From an uncultured Eubacteriales bacterium (GTDB lineage: Bacteria > Bacillota > Clostridia > Christensenellales > CAG-138), in contig CADBYI010000008.1 in NCBI GenBank assembly GCA_902798825.1, positions 207 through 64,206 of the forward strand: DNA of 64,000 nucleotides. The letters run 5' to 3'. The notes beneath the pieces were generated by a model, which was given only the letters and a program-made list of their open reading frames with translations, ran no database searches and was not told where the DNA came from. Position numbers and translations under genes: made by a program. Shown here piece after piece: positions 38,414 to 47,063 of this stretch (position 1 is the first letter of the stretch; each line of letters starts with the position of its first letter).

Positions 38414-38543
38414 TTCGTTCTCCTTTCCGGGGATGTCAAGAAAGCGTAGCAGGAGTCGCGTTCTTCGCCTTTAAGCTGTGCAGTAGAATACAACTGCCAT
38501 CTGCTGCATATGTCCTGCTGCCTGTATCGACATCCCCATGTCC

Positions 38544-39977
38544 TTACAGCACCCGCCGCTGCTCGTCGAACAGCAACTCCACCCCGCCGGACACGTCGAA
38601 GTCGCTGCCCGACACGTTCTCGATCCGAAGCTTCAGCCGCCGGCCCATGCTGCGCAGGGGGAACTCCGTGGGCCGATCCGCCCCGGTGAGCAGGGCCACG
38701 CTGTCCCCCTCCCGGGTTTCCCCCAGGACGTAGATTTTCAGCGGGCCGCCGGTGCCGGTGAGCACCGCCTCCACGGTCTGCTTCACGGTCAAGGCCGATG
38801 CCCCGTCCAACCAAGGGGTCTCCCAGAAGGCCTCGATGGGCTCGCCGCCATAGGTGGTTCCCTGGTTCAGGACGGCCACCTCTCCCCCGCCCGTCAGAAT
38901 ATAGAGGGTGCCGTAGCAGCTGGCGATGTCCACGGTCTCGAACCCCCGCCTGAGCAGGAAGCAGTCCCGCACCACGTCGTACTCGATGAGCAGGTCGTTG
39001 TGGACGCTGCTCCCGTTCTCCTTCACCGCAAAGTACAGGGTGTCCCCGCAGGCGGCGGAGGCCGCCGCCGAAAAGTCCACCTGGGAGAGCAGGGGCAGCA
39101 GGTCCGCCCCGTGGGCCGTCCGGCGAACGGTCTGGCCGTCATAGAAGTACAGGCCCCGATCCGTCAGGAAGAACAGCCTGTCCCCATAGAGCACGCAGGC
39201 CGTGTGGATGGGCTGGGCCAGGGCCGCCTCCACGGGCACGATCCGATAGTTCCCCGGCCGATCGCCCAGGAGCCGATAGAGCTTGTCCCGCTTGAAGATC
39301 AGCAGCTGGTTCGACATGGCGAAGAGCCCGGTGATGGGGTCCGAATCCGTCCCCACCTCCACGTGGCCGCCGGACACGTTCTCGCTGCTCTCGTCGGCGG
39401 ACCAGTCCTCGATGGTCCGCCCGTCGCCGGGGGCCTGGCTCCAATAGAGCCGGGCAGGGTGCTCAGGGTCCCCGGCGGCAAAGAGGCGGCCGAAGTACAG
39501 CTCCAGGAAGTTCACCGCCTTGTCGGACAGCCCCTGGCTGGAGCCGAAGGCGGCGACGGAGGCGGTGCCCCCCTCCCACTTGAGGATGGATTCCAATCCG
39601 CTGCCCACCAGCAGCGTCTCCGTGCTGCCGATCTTCGTCTTGAGAAAGTCGAAGATATCCGCGTCCATATCGTCGGTGTAGTGGTAGATGTCCAGCCACG
39701 CGTCCGTGCCCCTGTCGTAGCGGAAGAGGGAGTCCTCCCGGGCCACCAGGCAGTCCATGGACCCGTTCTCCCGGGGCCAGATGAACAGCCGGCGAAGCTT
39801 CCGGGCCAATCCCGGCACCGCAGGATAGAGGGGCTGATAGCCCTTGACCCGGCCCAGCTTTCCGCCCACGGTGGTCACGTTTTGGGCGTTCTCCGCCCAG
39901 TTGAGGGGGACCGCGCCCGCGCAGGCCCCCTGCTTCACCCCGGCGAAGCTGCCGAGGCGGATCGTTTCCAATGCCAT
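38544..39977 (-). CDS. phage structural protein with repeated beta-strand motifs (possible tail hub/nozzle)
   Basis: 477 aa with RBS gaggagg. Recurrent LFxxxDxGLYFYDG-type motifs (SLFRYDRG, RLFAAGD, LLIFKRDKLYRL, RLFFLTDRGLYFYDG, TLYFAVKENG, TLYILTGGG) suggest a beta-propeller. Confidence 0.6.
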   Translation of the reverse strand: MALETIRLGSFAGVKQGACAGAVPLNWAENAQNVTTVGGKLGRVKGYQPLYPAVPGLARKLRRLFIWPRENGSMDCLVAREDSLFRYDRGTDAWLDIYHYTDDMDADIFDFLKTKIGSTETLLVGSGLESILKWEGGTASVAAFGSSQGLSDKAVNFLELYFGRLFAAGDPEHPARLYWSQAPGDGRTIEDWSADESSENVSGGHVEVGTDSDPITGLFAMSNQLLIFKRDKLYRLLGDRPGNYRIVPVEAALAQPIHTACVLYGDRLFFLTDRGLYFYDGQTVRRTAHGADLLPLLSQVDFSAAASAACGDTLYFAVKENGSSVHNDLLIEYDVVRDCFLLRRGFETVDIASCYGTLYILTGGGEVAVLNQGTTYGGEPIEAFWETPWLDGASALTVKQTVEAVLTGTGGPLKIYVLGETREGDSVALLTGADRPTEFPLRSMGRRLKLRIENVSGSDFDVSGGVELLFDEQRRVL

Positions 39978-39987
39978 AGCGTCCTCC

Positions 39988-40533
39988 TCAATACAGGTTA
40001 TAGAACCGGGCCAGCGACGGGGCCGAATATCCCCGCTTCAGCCGCTGCTTCATCTCCCGATAGAGGGTCAAATCCAGCGAGGCCGCGCTCTGGGAGGCGG
40101 CGTCGAACCGGCTCCGTTCCCGGGCGGCGGCGTATTCCACCAGCAGCCCCTGCCAGAGCTCGGGCAGCTGGGGCTCGTCGCCCAGCTCCGTCAGCAGGGC
40201 GGGCTGATACCGATAGGTGATCTCCACCGTCCCCGTCTCCATACCAGGGAACCGAAGGATCTTCCGGCTGGAGCCGTAGTAGAACAGTCGGCGCTGGCCC
40301 TCGACGCTGGCGCCCAGGACCTTGAGGCAGGCACAGGGAAGGCCGCTTAGGTCCGCCTGTCCGTCAGCCACGGTCAGGCTGTCCCGCCGCCAGGGCCTGA
40401 ACTCCGCCGTAAGATCCAGCATGGCCTCGTTGAGATACCCCAAAAGCCGCTCCCTGTACAGGGCCACGGTGCCGTTGTCCATGGGCCGATCCAGCTTCCG
40501 CAGGGTCATTTCCATCAGTCTCTGCGTCGTCAT
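39988..40533 (-). CDS. phage protein, possible head-to-tail adaptor
   Basis: 181 aa, in the position after the capsid gene. The assignment rests on synteny and size only. Confidence 0.5.
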   Translation of the reverse strand: MTTQRLMEMTLRKLDRPMDNGTVALYRERLLGYLNEAMLDLTAEFRPWRRDSLTVADGQADLSGLPCACLKVLGASVEGQRRLFYYGSSRKILRFPGMETGTVEITYRYQPALLTELGDEPQLPELWQGLLVEYAAARERSRFDAASQSAASLDLTLYREMKQRLKRGYSAPSLARFYNLY

Positions 40534-40540
40534 AGGCCCC

Positions 40541-40765
40541 TCAGCTCAGCTTCTGCCCGCCGGCGGCGGTGAAGCCGTTCCTCCACTGCTCCGAGGCGGC
40601 GTCCTCCCGGCGGCTCTCCTCCAGCACCCGGTAGATGCGCAGCGGCACCTCCACCAGCACCCCCGTGGGGATGCGGAAGTTCAAGCCGTTCAGGGCGCCC
40701 TCCACGAAGGGTCCGTTCCCTGCCTCCGGCAGGATCATACGAATGGTCTCTTCCCTGTGTTCCAT
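40541..40765 (-). CDS. small phage protein
   Basis: 74 aa with RBS ggaaaggaagg, immediately after the capsid gene. Confidence 0.5.
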   Translation of the reverse strand: MEHREETIRMILPEAGNGPFVEGALNGLNFRIPTGVLVEVPLRIYRVLEESRREDAASEQWRNGFTAAGGQKLS

Positions 40766-40786
40766 AGGGTCCCTTCCTTTCCGTCC

Positions 40787-41998
40787 TTATGCGGACACGC
40801 AGTGCTCGATCTTCACGAGCCAGAGGGGGTTCAGGACCTTGGCGGTGTAGGCTGCCACCTTGGCGCCCACGGTGGACCGCTGATCCAGGGGGTCGGTGGT
40901 GCCGGCGGAGCCCAGAGGCTTGATGATGGTCTCCATGGCGCCGGACCCGGCCACGTCCACCACGCCGTAGGCGTCCGCGCCGAAGATCAGCGTGGCGTGC
41001 ACGTCGGGGGCCGTCTTGGTCACCTCGTCGATGGCGCCGCCGTCCTTGGAGTACACCACGGTGTCGGCGGTGAGGCTCACGGAGCTGGTCAGCTTCACGG
41101 TGCGGGTGGCCGCGGTGTAGGAGTTGGAGGCGGCCAGGGTATACTCGTTGCTGCCGATCATGATCTTGTTCCCGCCGGTGGACAGGTACGCCGCCTCCTT
41201 GGCGGAGGGGGACGTCTTCAGCACGAAGCTGGTGGAGGAGGTGGTGTTGGCGTTGACCGCGTTGTGGACGCTCTGGGAATAGACCTTGGCCTCCGTGGCC
41301 TCCACGAAGACCACCCCGAACAGGCGGCCGATCTCGCCGGAGTAGATCTGCTCCGCGTTGCTGTACTTGGACACGTCCTGCCAGAGGGGATCGTTCTGCA
41401 GATCGTAGGTGGCGTCGGGGGAGCAGATGCAGATGAAGTGGGGCTTGCGGCCGGAGCCGTCCATGGCGGACACGAAGGGCCGGGCCTTGTTCTTCTTCAG
41501 CGTCCGGACCGCCTTGCGGACCTCGTTCACGGTCAGCTTGTCGCTGGCGGTGAGGGCGCCCCGGCCCGCCGCGCTGTTGGCGTACTGGACGTTGGTGGTC
41601 TGGCACATGGCGTCCCGGGTGACCCACTCGATGACAGTGCCCAGCTGCTCACCCAGCAGCTCCGCGGAGTCGGCGATGACGGGATCGTAGCTGGTCATCT
41701 CCAACAGGTCGGAGATCTCCACGAAGGCACCGTACTGCTTCACCTCGGCCTCCACCTTGGACTGGGTCAGGTTCTGGCCCGTGGGGGTCACGCCCTCCAC
41801 CAGGGTCAGGGCGTTGGTGTCGGGGGTGAACAGGTTGTACTTGCGGAACTCCACCCGCTTGCCGTTGTTCTTGGGGATGGAGCGCTTCTGGCCGAAGTTG
41901 GCATGGACGAACCGGGTCTTGGCGGTGTCCAGGAGCTTGCGGTCATAGAAGGTCTTGTTGAAATAGGTGCTGGCTGCGGTAGAAACGGTGGTATTCAT
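40787..41998 (-). CDS. major capsid protein, N4-gp56 family (HK97 fold)
   Basis: 403 aa. N-terminus YFNKTFYDRKLLDTAKTRFVHANFGQKRSIPKNNGKRVEFRKYNLF ... VEGVTPTGQNL ... QYGAFVEISDLL matches the family pattern. RBS aaggagg. Confidence 0.8.
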   Translation of the reverse strand: MNTTVSTAASTYFNKTFYDRKLLDTAKTRFVHANFGQKRSIPKNNGKRVEFRKYNLFTPDTNALTLVEGVTPTGQNLTQSKVEAEVKQYGAFVEISDLLEMTSYDPVIADSAELLGEQLGTVIEWVTRDAMCQTTNVQYANSAAGRGALTASDKLTVNEVRKAVRTLKKNKARPFVSAMDGSGRKPHFICICSPDATYDLQNDPLWQDVSKYSNAEQIYSGEIGRLFGVVFVEATEAKVYSQSVHNAVNANTTSSTSFVLKTSPSAKEAAYLSTGGNKIMIGSNEYTLAASNSYTAATRTVKLTSSVSLTADTVVYSKDGGAIDEVTKTAPDVHATLIFGADAYGVVDVAGSGAMETIIKPLGSAGTTDPLDQRSTVGAKVAAYTAKVLNPLWLVKIEHCVSA

Positions 41999-42019
41999 TT
42001 CATATCCTCCTTAAAGCGT

Positions 42020-42403
42020 TTATGCGTGGTTTCTCAAACGGTTCTCCAGGGCGCGAAAGGCCTCCGGGCTCATGGCGGCGTAGTCCTCCTCGGCGCTGAG
42101 CAGTCGGTTGCTGCGGGTGGGCTGGGGGAGCTTGCGCCGGTCCATGGCCTCCCGCCGGACCTCCTCCCGGGCCGCTTCCCGGGCGGTTTCGGCCGCCCGC
42201 TCCGCGGCGTAGACCCGAATGGCCCCATAGGGCTCCAGCTCCTGCAACAGCTCGACGAACCGATCGTCGTCACAGGCTGCCTCCAGGTCAAAGCCCTCGG
42301 GCAGCTTCCCCTCCGCCTCCAGCTGGGCGATCTGCTCGCCCATGGCGCGATAGGGATTCTCTTCCATCATGGTCTCTTTCATGGTTTCCTCCCATTCATT
42401 CAT
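42020..42403 (-). CDS. scaffolding-like protein (acidic, helical)
   Basis: 127 aa, Glu/Ala-rich, between the portal and capsid genes. It overlaps the portal stop by 8 nt. Confidence 0.5.
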   Translation of the reverse strand: MNEWEETMKETMMEENPYRAMGEQIAQLEAEGKLPEGFDLEAACDDDRFVELLQELEPYGAIRVYAAERAAETAREAAREEVRREAMDRRKLPQPTRSNRLLSAEEDYAAMSPEAFRALENRLRNHA

Positions 42404-43958
42404 TGTCGTTTTTCATGCTTTTGATCACCTGGTCCTTCCCCTCGAAGTGCATGAGCTCCACGGCCCGCTTCGCATCGATGGCCCCCGCTTGCACCAGCTG
42501 TAAGATCAGCTCATTTTGGGCGGATGCGGAAAACGGGTCCTGTTTGGCCGCCTTGACCGAGATGAAGAACTCCATGGGCAGGCCCTCTGCCCCCTTGTCC
42601 CGGCGCGTGAGCAAGTCGCTGTCAAAGAGCTCCTGCCGCTCCTCCCCGTCCACCACGACGGTGACGGGCCGAAGGAAGAAGGTGAACTCCCGTTCCACCT
42701 CGATCTCCATGCGCACCGCCTGCCGAAAGGCCTCGTAGAGCCGGGCGGTGGCCATGCGGGCCCGCTTGGTGCTGGCGATCTGCAGGGCCTGGATGGCGCT
42801 GGCCGCCGTGACGCCCTGTCGGAAGTTCCCCCGGGAGGAGTCGTTGGCGCCGCTCTCCTCCTTGATGTCCTCGCGGATGCGCTGGATATAGGTCATGAGG
42901 TAGGCCGGCAGCGGCGGCGTGGAGAACCAGGTGACGCCGTTCAGACTCTCGCCCCGGTGGACCTCCTTGGACCAGTCCTTCAGGTCCTCCTCGTCGAAGC
43001 CGGAGGCCTCGGTGACCAGGAGCTTGTTGTGGCTGGCCATGAAGGCGTTCTTCAGCACGATCTGGTCCAGCTTGTCCGCATACCGCTGCTGTTTCTCGAA
43101 CAGATCCACGATGCCGAAACCCAGGGCGCTGCCCTTGCGCATGTACAGTGGGGTCAGGATAAAGGGGTACATGCCGTGGGCATAGTAGCCCTGTGGCTTC
43201 AGTTCGCGGCTGTCCGCCAGCACCACGCCCCCGGCGATGAGAGCCATGTGGACCGCGAACACGCCCTCCCGCTCCGTCGGCGTCTTCCACCAGTATTCCA
43301 GGAGCAGCACGCTGTTGCGCCTGTCCCCCCTCAGGATGTCGTCCGCCGGGGCGTCGGCGGCGGCGTAGGGGTCCTCCCCCATCTGGGCGTACTTCTCCGG
43401 GTACCGGTCCTTGAACCACTCCCGGGTCCGAAGGGACAGCTTGAACACCGCCCGGCCCTCCTGCATATCGTCGCACAGGGGGTCGAAGAGGATGCTTCGA
43501 TCGTCCACGTGCCGGATGAACGCGCCGCCCAAGCCGTCGTTCAGCGACGGGTCGTAGCCCACCTCCTGAACGCAATAGCCGCCCACCAGCAGATCGTGGA
43601 TCAGCTTCTGATACTCCACCGTGTACGCCGACACGTCGTGGTTCCGGCGGATCAGGGCCTCCACCACCTTCGCCACATACCCGTCCGCCCCGGCTTCGGG
43701 CCGGATGTGGGCCTCCGGGGCCTGGTCCATGAGATCGGCGCTCACGTTCTCCACGGTGGACTGGATGATGGGTGTCACGGGCCGGGGCTCGTTTTCGTCC
43801 GTCACCGGCACGTCGTACCAGTGGTCTCCCCGGTAGATCCGCTCGTTGTTCTCGAGGCGCAGCCACTCCTGTCGATAGGCGCTGCGGAACTCGTCGAACA
43901 GCCGATAGGCCCTTTCGCACAGCTGCCGGGACGCTTCCTTTTCGTTGGTTCGCTCCAT
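42396..43958 (-). CDS. phage portal protein
   Basis: 520 aa, in the position after terL. N-terminal RLENNERIYRGDHW-type motif, plus size typical of portals. Confidence 0.75.
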   Translation of the reverse strand: MERTNEKEASRQLCERAYRLFDEFRSAYRQEWLRLENNERIYRGDHWYDVPVTDENEPRPVTPIIQSTVENVSADLMDQAPEAHIRPEAGADGYVAKVVEALIRRNHDVSAYTVEYQKLIHDLLVGGYCVQEVGYDPSLNDGLGGAFIRHVDDRSILFDPLCDDMQEGRAVFKLSLRTREWFKDRYPEKYAQMGEDPYAAADAPADDILRGDRRNSVLLLEYWWKTPTEREGVFAVHMALIAGGVVLADSRELKPQGYYAHGMYPFILTPLYMRKGSALGFGIVDLFEKQQRYADKLDQIVLKNAFMASHNKLLVTEASGFDEEDLKDWSKEVHRGESLNGVTWFSTPPLPAYLMTYIQRIREDIKEESGANDSSRGNFRQGVTAASAIQALQIASTKRARMATARLYEAFRQAVRMEIEVEREFTFFLRPVTVVVDGEERQELFDSDLLTRRDKGAEGLPMEFFISVKAAKQDPFSASAQNELILQLVQAGAIDAKRAVELMHFEGKDQVIKSMKNDNE

Positions 43959-43978
43959 ATTTCCTTCCTTTCCATTCC

Positions 43979-45313
43979 TTATAGGCTTCTGAACCCCTCG
44001 CCCATCGCCCTTGGCGCGGCAAAGGGATCGTAGGCGGGCGGACCCTTGCGCACCGGCTCCAGGGGCTTGGGATGGCGGCTCATGACGGCGTATCGCAGGG
44101 CCTCCGGGGCATGATCCTCACAGGTGTCGCTCACGTCCTCGTGGTCGTGCTCGTCATAGGTGAGCAGGGGCAACGTCCGGATGAGCTCGGTGCACTGGGG
44201 GAAGATCACGAGGCCGGGCCGCCCGTCCGCCTGGGGGGCCAGGGCCTCCCGCAGCCGCTGCCAGCCGTGGATGCGCCGGTTGTCCGCCGGCAGCAGGGGC
44301 ACCCCGTTTCGGGCGAACACGTCGGCGATGCAGTCCCCCTCCGCCCCGGGAAGACCCCGCTGCTGCCAGGCGTCGGGGCTGGCCACGGTGTAGGCGATCT
44401 TCTCGCCCACCGACAGCTCCCGCACCTTCTGGGCCACCCGGCTGGACAGGGTCTCGGTGACGTACAGCTCCCGATAGACGATGAGCTGCCCCTCGGGGCT
44501 CACCGCCGCCCACAGCACGCAGCAGGGGTCCTTGTAGCCCCAGTCCATGGCCCGAAACCGCCGCCACCAGCCGGGAAGGGGAAAGGGCTCCGGCACATGG
44601 ACCTGCCGGGAGAACTCCGGGAAGTACCGGCCGGACAGCACGTCCCAGTCCCCGTCCAGATACGCCCGCCGCAGGTGCTCCGGCAGGCGCTGCAGCGTCC
44701 GAAGGTACCCTGGGTCCCGTTCCATGAGCACCGCGTTGTCCGTCAGCCGGGCGGGGATGAAGGCATAGTCCTCCGGCCGCTCCCCCTCGCCATAGCGCCG
44801 GTCGATGAACAGCCGCTTGACCCATTCGTGGCCCGGGCCGCCGGGGTTGCAGGTGTAGTACATCCGGGGGGAGAAGTCCGTGCGCACGGACCGGTTGCAG
44901 GTGGTGAGAAAGGTCATCTGGCTCTCGGTGAAGTGAGTTGCCTCCTCCATGCCGATCACGTCGTATTCCTGCCCCTGGTACTGATACACGTCCTTCTCCT
45001 GGTCGCAGTAGCCCAGCTTGATCCGGGACCCGTTGGGAAACAGGAAGCACCGCTGGGTCTGGTTGTACTTCACCGTCCCGGAAAGCTCCGCCAGCAGCGG
45101 CCGCACGTGGTTCTCCTGGAGCTCCGGCAGCGTCCGGCGCAGGAGCAGCTCCTGCAGCCCCGGATACCGGAGGGCCAACAGCACCAGCTTCCGCCGCATG
45201 GCCCAGCTCTTGCCGCCGCCCCGGGCGCCGCCATAGGCGGTGTGGGGGGCCGTGGAGAGGAAGAAGGCCCTCTGCTTGGGGTTGGGACGGCCCGTGAGGT
45301 GCAGGGTCTTCAT
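43979..45313 (-). CDS. terminase large subunit
   Basis: Start at MKTLHLTGRPNPKQRAFF (ATG 45313). Walker A YGGARGGGKSW, and a nuclease-domain DWG motif (AMDWGYKDP). The 144-codon Gly/Pro-rich extension in the ORF track overlaps terS and is rejected. Confidence 0.85.
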   Translation of the reverse strand: MKTLHLTGRPNPKQRAFFLSTAPHTAYGGARGGGKSWAMRRKLVLLALRYPGLQELLLRRTLPELQENHVRPLLAELSGTVKYNQTQRCFLFPNGSRIKLGYCDQEKDVYQYQGQEYDVIGMEEATHFTESQMTFLTTCNRSVRTDFSPRMYYTCNPGGPGHEWVKRLFIDRRYGEGERPEDYAFIPARLTDNAVLMERDPGYLRTLQRLPEHLRRAYLDGDWDVLSGRYFPEFSRQVHVPEPFPLPGWWRRFRAMDWGYKDPCCVLWAAVSPEGQLIVYRELYVTETLSSRVAQKVRELSVGEKIAYTVASPDAWQQRGLPGAEGDCIADVFARNGVPLLPADNRRIHGWQRLREALAPQADGRPGLVIFPQCTELIRTLPLLTYDEHDHEDVSDTCEDHAPEALRYAVMSRHPKPLEPVRKGPPAYDPFAAPRAMGEGFRSL

Positions 45314-45708
45314 TGGCTGTACGCCTCCGCTTCCCCGTCCAGGACGACCCGAAGAGGCTCCATGGCTTCCTCCTCCGCGCCATCCGTCAGCCCCAGCTCC
45401 TTCAGGGCCGCCTGGGCCATGGTGGCGTTCAACTCCCCCAGCAGGGCCCGCTCCTGCAGATACCCCGCCACCCGGACCAGGCCCCGCATCAGGATCGGCC
45501 CCTCCCCCTGGCCCCGGCCGTGGGCCGCCAGAAGGACCTCCTGGGGGGACAGGGATACCGCCGCGCTCAGGCCATAGAGGGTGTAGGGGATCTGTCTCTC
45601 CGCGAATCCGCCTCCCTTTTGCGGGACCCGTTCCCTGGTCCCGTCGCATTGGGCAAAATACGCCCTCACGGCTGCCTCCATCCGCTTTGCGCTCATCCGC
45701 CTGCCCAT
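45310..45708 (-). CDS. terminase small subunit (putative)
   Basis: Start at MGRRMSAKRMEAAVRAYF, with strong RBS ggaaaggagg 8 nt upstream. It overlaps the terL start (ATGA). The assignment rests on position and N-terminal HTH-like features. Confidence 0.6.
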   Translation of the reverse strand: MGRRMSAKRMEAAVRAYFAQCDGTRERVPQKGGGFAERQIPYTLYGLSAAVSLSPQEVLLAAHGRGQGEGPILMRGLVRVAGYLQERALLGELNATMAQAALKELGLTDGAEEEAMEPLRVVLDGEAEAYSQ

Positions 45709-45800
45709 GGTCCTTGCCTCCTTTCCCTTTCGGCGAGAAAAGCATACAACCAAACGGGCAGCCGTGCGTCCGATAATTTGTTCATATTTGTTCACAAAGA

Positions 45801-45826
45801 AAGCCGGGCCCTTCGTTGCCCGGCTT
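45801..45826 (-). terminator. terminator-like hairpin immediately 5' of the terS leader
   Basis: aagccgggc-ccttcgtt-gcccggctt; on the minus strand it is followed by tttctttgtg. Confidence 0.5.
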
Positions 45827-45854
45827 CGCGTCCTATGATATGATATAAAATGTT

Positions 45855-47042
45855 ATGAAACGTGCCTTTTCCCTGATCCTCATCCTGGTGCTGGCCCTCT
45901 CGCCCCTAAGCGTTCAGGGGGAGATCGAATCTTCGCCGGACCCGGCCATCCGCTTCATGCCGGAGGACAGCCTGCCGCTGCCCTCGGAAACCTATGCCCT
46001 CACCGAAAAGCGGCCCTTCGCCTTCGGCGGCACGGTGGTCTCCCTGGCGCCTTTGGTTCGGGTGTCCGTCGCCGTCACCGACGAGCAGGCCCAGATCCTG
46101 CTGCAGGAGGAGGCGACCTTTGACCCATCGGAGGACCCCGTCACCAGCTTCCCCCTGTGGGACAGGACCTACCCCTTCGCGGATGAAAGCCTGTCCGGCC
46201 GCATGGACTTTGCCTCCCTGGCACCGGGTCGATACACCTTCACCCTCCGGGCCGCCAGCGACGGCCAGGAGGTGACCCTCTATTCTTCCCCCTTCACCGT
46301 GGCCAAGGTCACGGACCTGCACACCCTGATGCCCAACGACCTGCGGGGCACCTATCTGTCGGCGGCGGCATACCTGGGGGAGGGCAATCTGCCCTTCACC
46401 TATCGGACCGGCACCTATAACCAGATACGGATCGACAACGCCTGGGTGGGCCGCAACATCGTGGAGATCAACACCCCCTTCGACGCCCCCTGGCGGGTGA
46501 ACCGGGCCGCTGTGGAGCCCTTTGAGCGGGCCATCTCCTATCTGCGCCACACCTACGTCCATGTGGGCGGCAAATGGGATTCCAACATCCTGCGCCTAAG
46601 CTTCCTGGTGGCCGCCTACAACGGCCCCTACTATGCCCGGCAGGAGGAGAACACCCCCTTCCTGAGCCCCCACGTGCTGGGCCTGGCGGTGGACTTGAAC
46701 CACAGCATAGGCCCCAACGAGCCGGCGCCGGACAATTGGGACATCTTCTGCAAGGAGATCAGCGAAAATCTGATCTACAACGGCATCAAAACCAAGGACG
46801 GCCGCCAGTATTACGATTTTACCTACATCGGCAACTGGGGCACGGAGTATCAGCGGGTGCCCACCGTCATCCAAAACTATCTGCTCTACGAGCTGGCCTT
46901 CTTCCGGGCCGGGTTCTTCTGGGGGGTCTACTACGACCACACCTGCGACGCCAGCCATTTCGGTCTGGGGGAATACGACCCCGCCGTCCACACCGACTCC
47001 CCCCTGGCCCTAAGAAAGGTCTTCGAATACATCGACGACTGA
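45855..47042 (+). CDS. secreted protein with C-terminal LAS/M15-type (VanY-like) metallopeptidase domain
   Basis: Signal peptide MKRAFSLILILVLALSPLSVQG. SPHVLGLAVDLN (H-x6-D) and a later DASHFGLGE are consistent with a zinc D,D- or L,D-peptidase. Confidence 0.65.
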   Translation: MKRAFSLILILVLALSPLSVQGEIESSPDPAIRFMPEDSLPLPSETYALTEKRPFAFGGTVVSLAPLVRVSVAVTDEQAQILLQEEATFDPSEDPVTSFPLWDRTYPFADESLSGRMDFASLAPGRYTFTLRAASDGQEVTLYSSPFTVAKVTDLHTLMPNDLRGTYLSAAAYLGEGNLPFTYRTGTYNQIRIDNAWVGRNIVEINTPFDAPWRVNRAAVEPFERAISYLRHTYVHVGGKWDSNILRLSFLVAAYNGPYYARQEENTPFLSPHVLGLAVDLNHSIGPNEPAPDNWDIFCKEISENLIYNGIKTKDGRQYYDFTYIGNWGTEYQRVPTVIQNYLLYELAFFRAGFFWGVYYDHTCDASHFGLGEYDPAVHTDSPLALRKVFEYIDD

Positions 47043-47063
47043 CGATCCTTGGCCGGGCCGCCC

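Larger units (their letters stand above)
37408..45826 (-). mobile_element. phage-derived packaging/head/tail-hub module (incomplete prophage or domesticated particle locus)
   Basis: Ten co-directional, tightly spaced genes with strong RBSs: terS, terL, portal, scaffold-like, N4-gp56-family capsid, then 74-, 181-, 477-, 62- and 253-aa ORFs. Hairpins bound both ends. No lysis, replication, repressor, large integrase or long-tail genes lie within or next to it. Confidence 0.8.

Noticed and set aside
43979-45745. 588-aa version of the terminase large subunit ORF.
   Set aside because: The first 144 codons are Gly/Pro/Arg-rich and overlap terS in another frame. The conserved terminase sequence starts at the ATG at 45313, which overlaps the terS stop.
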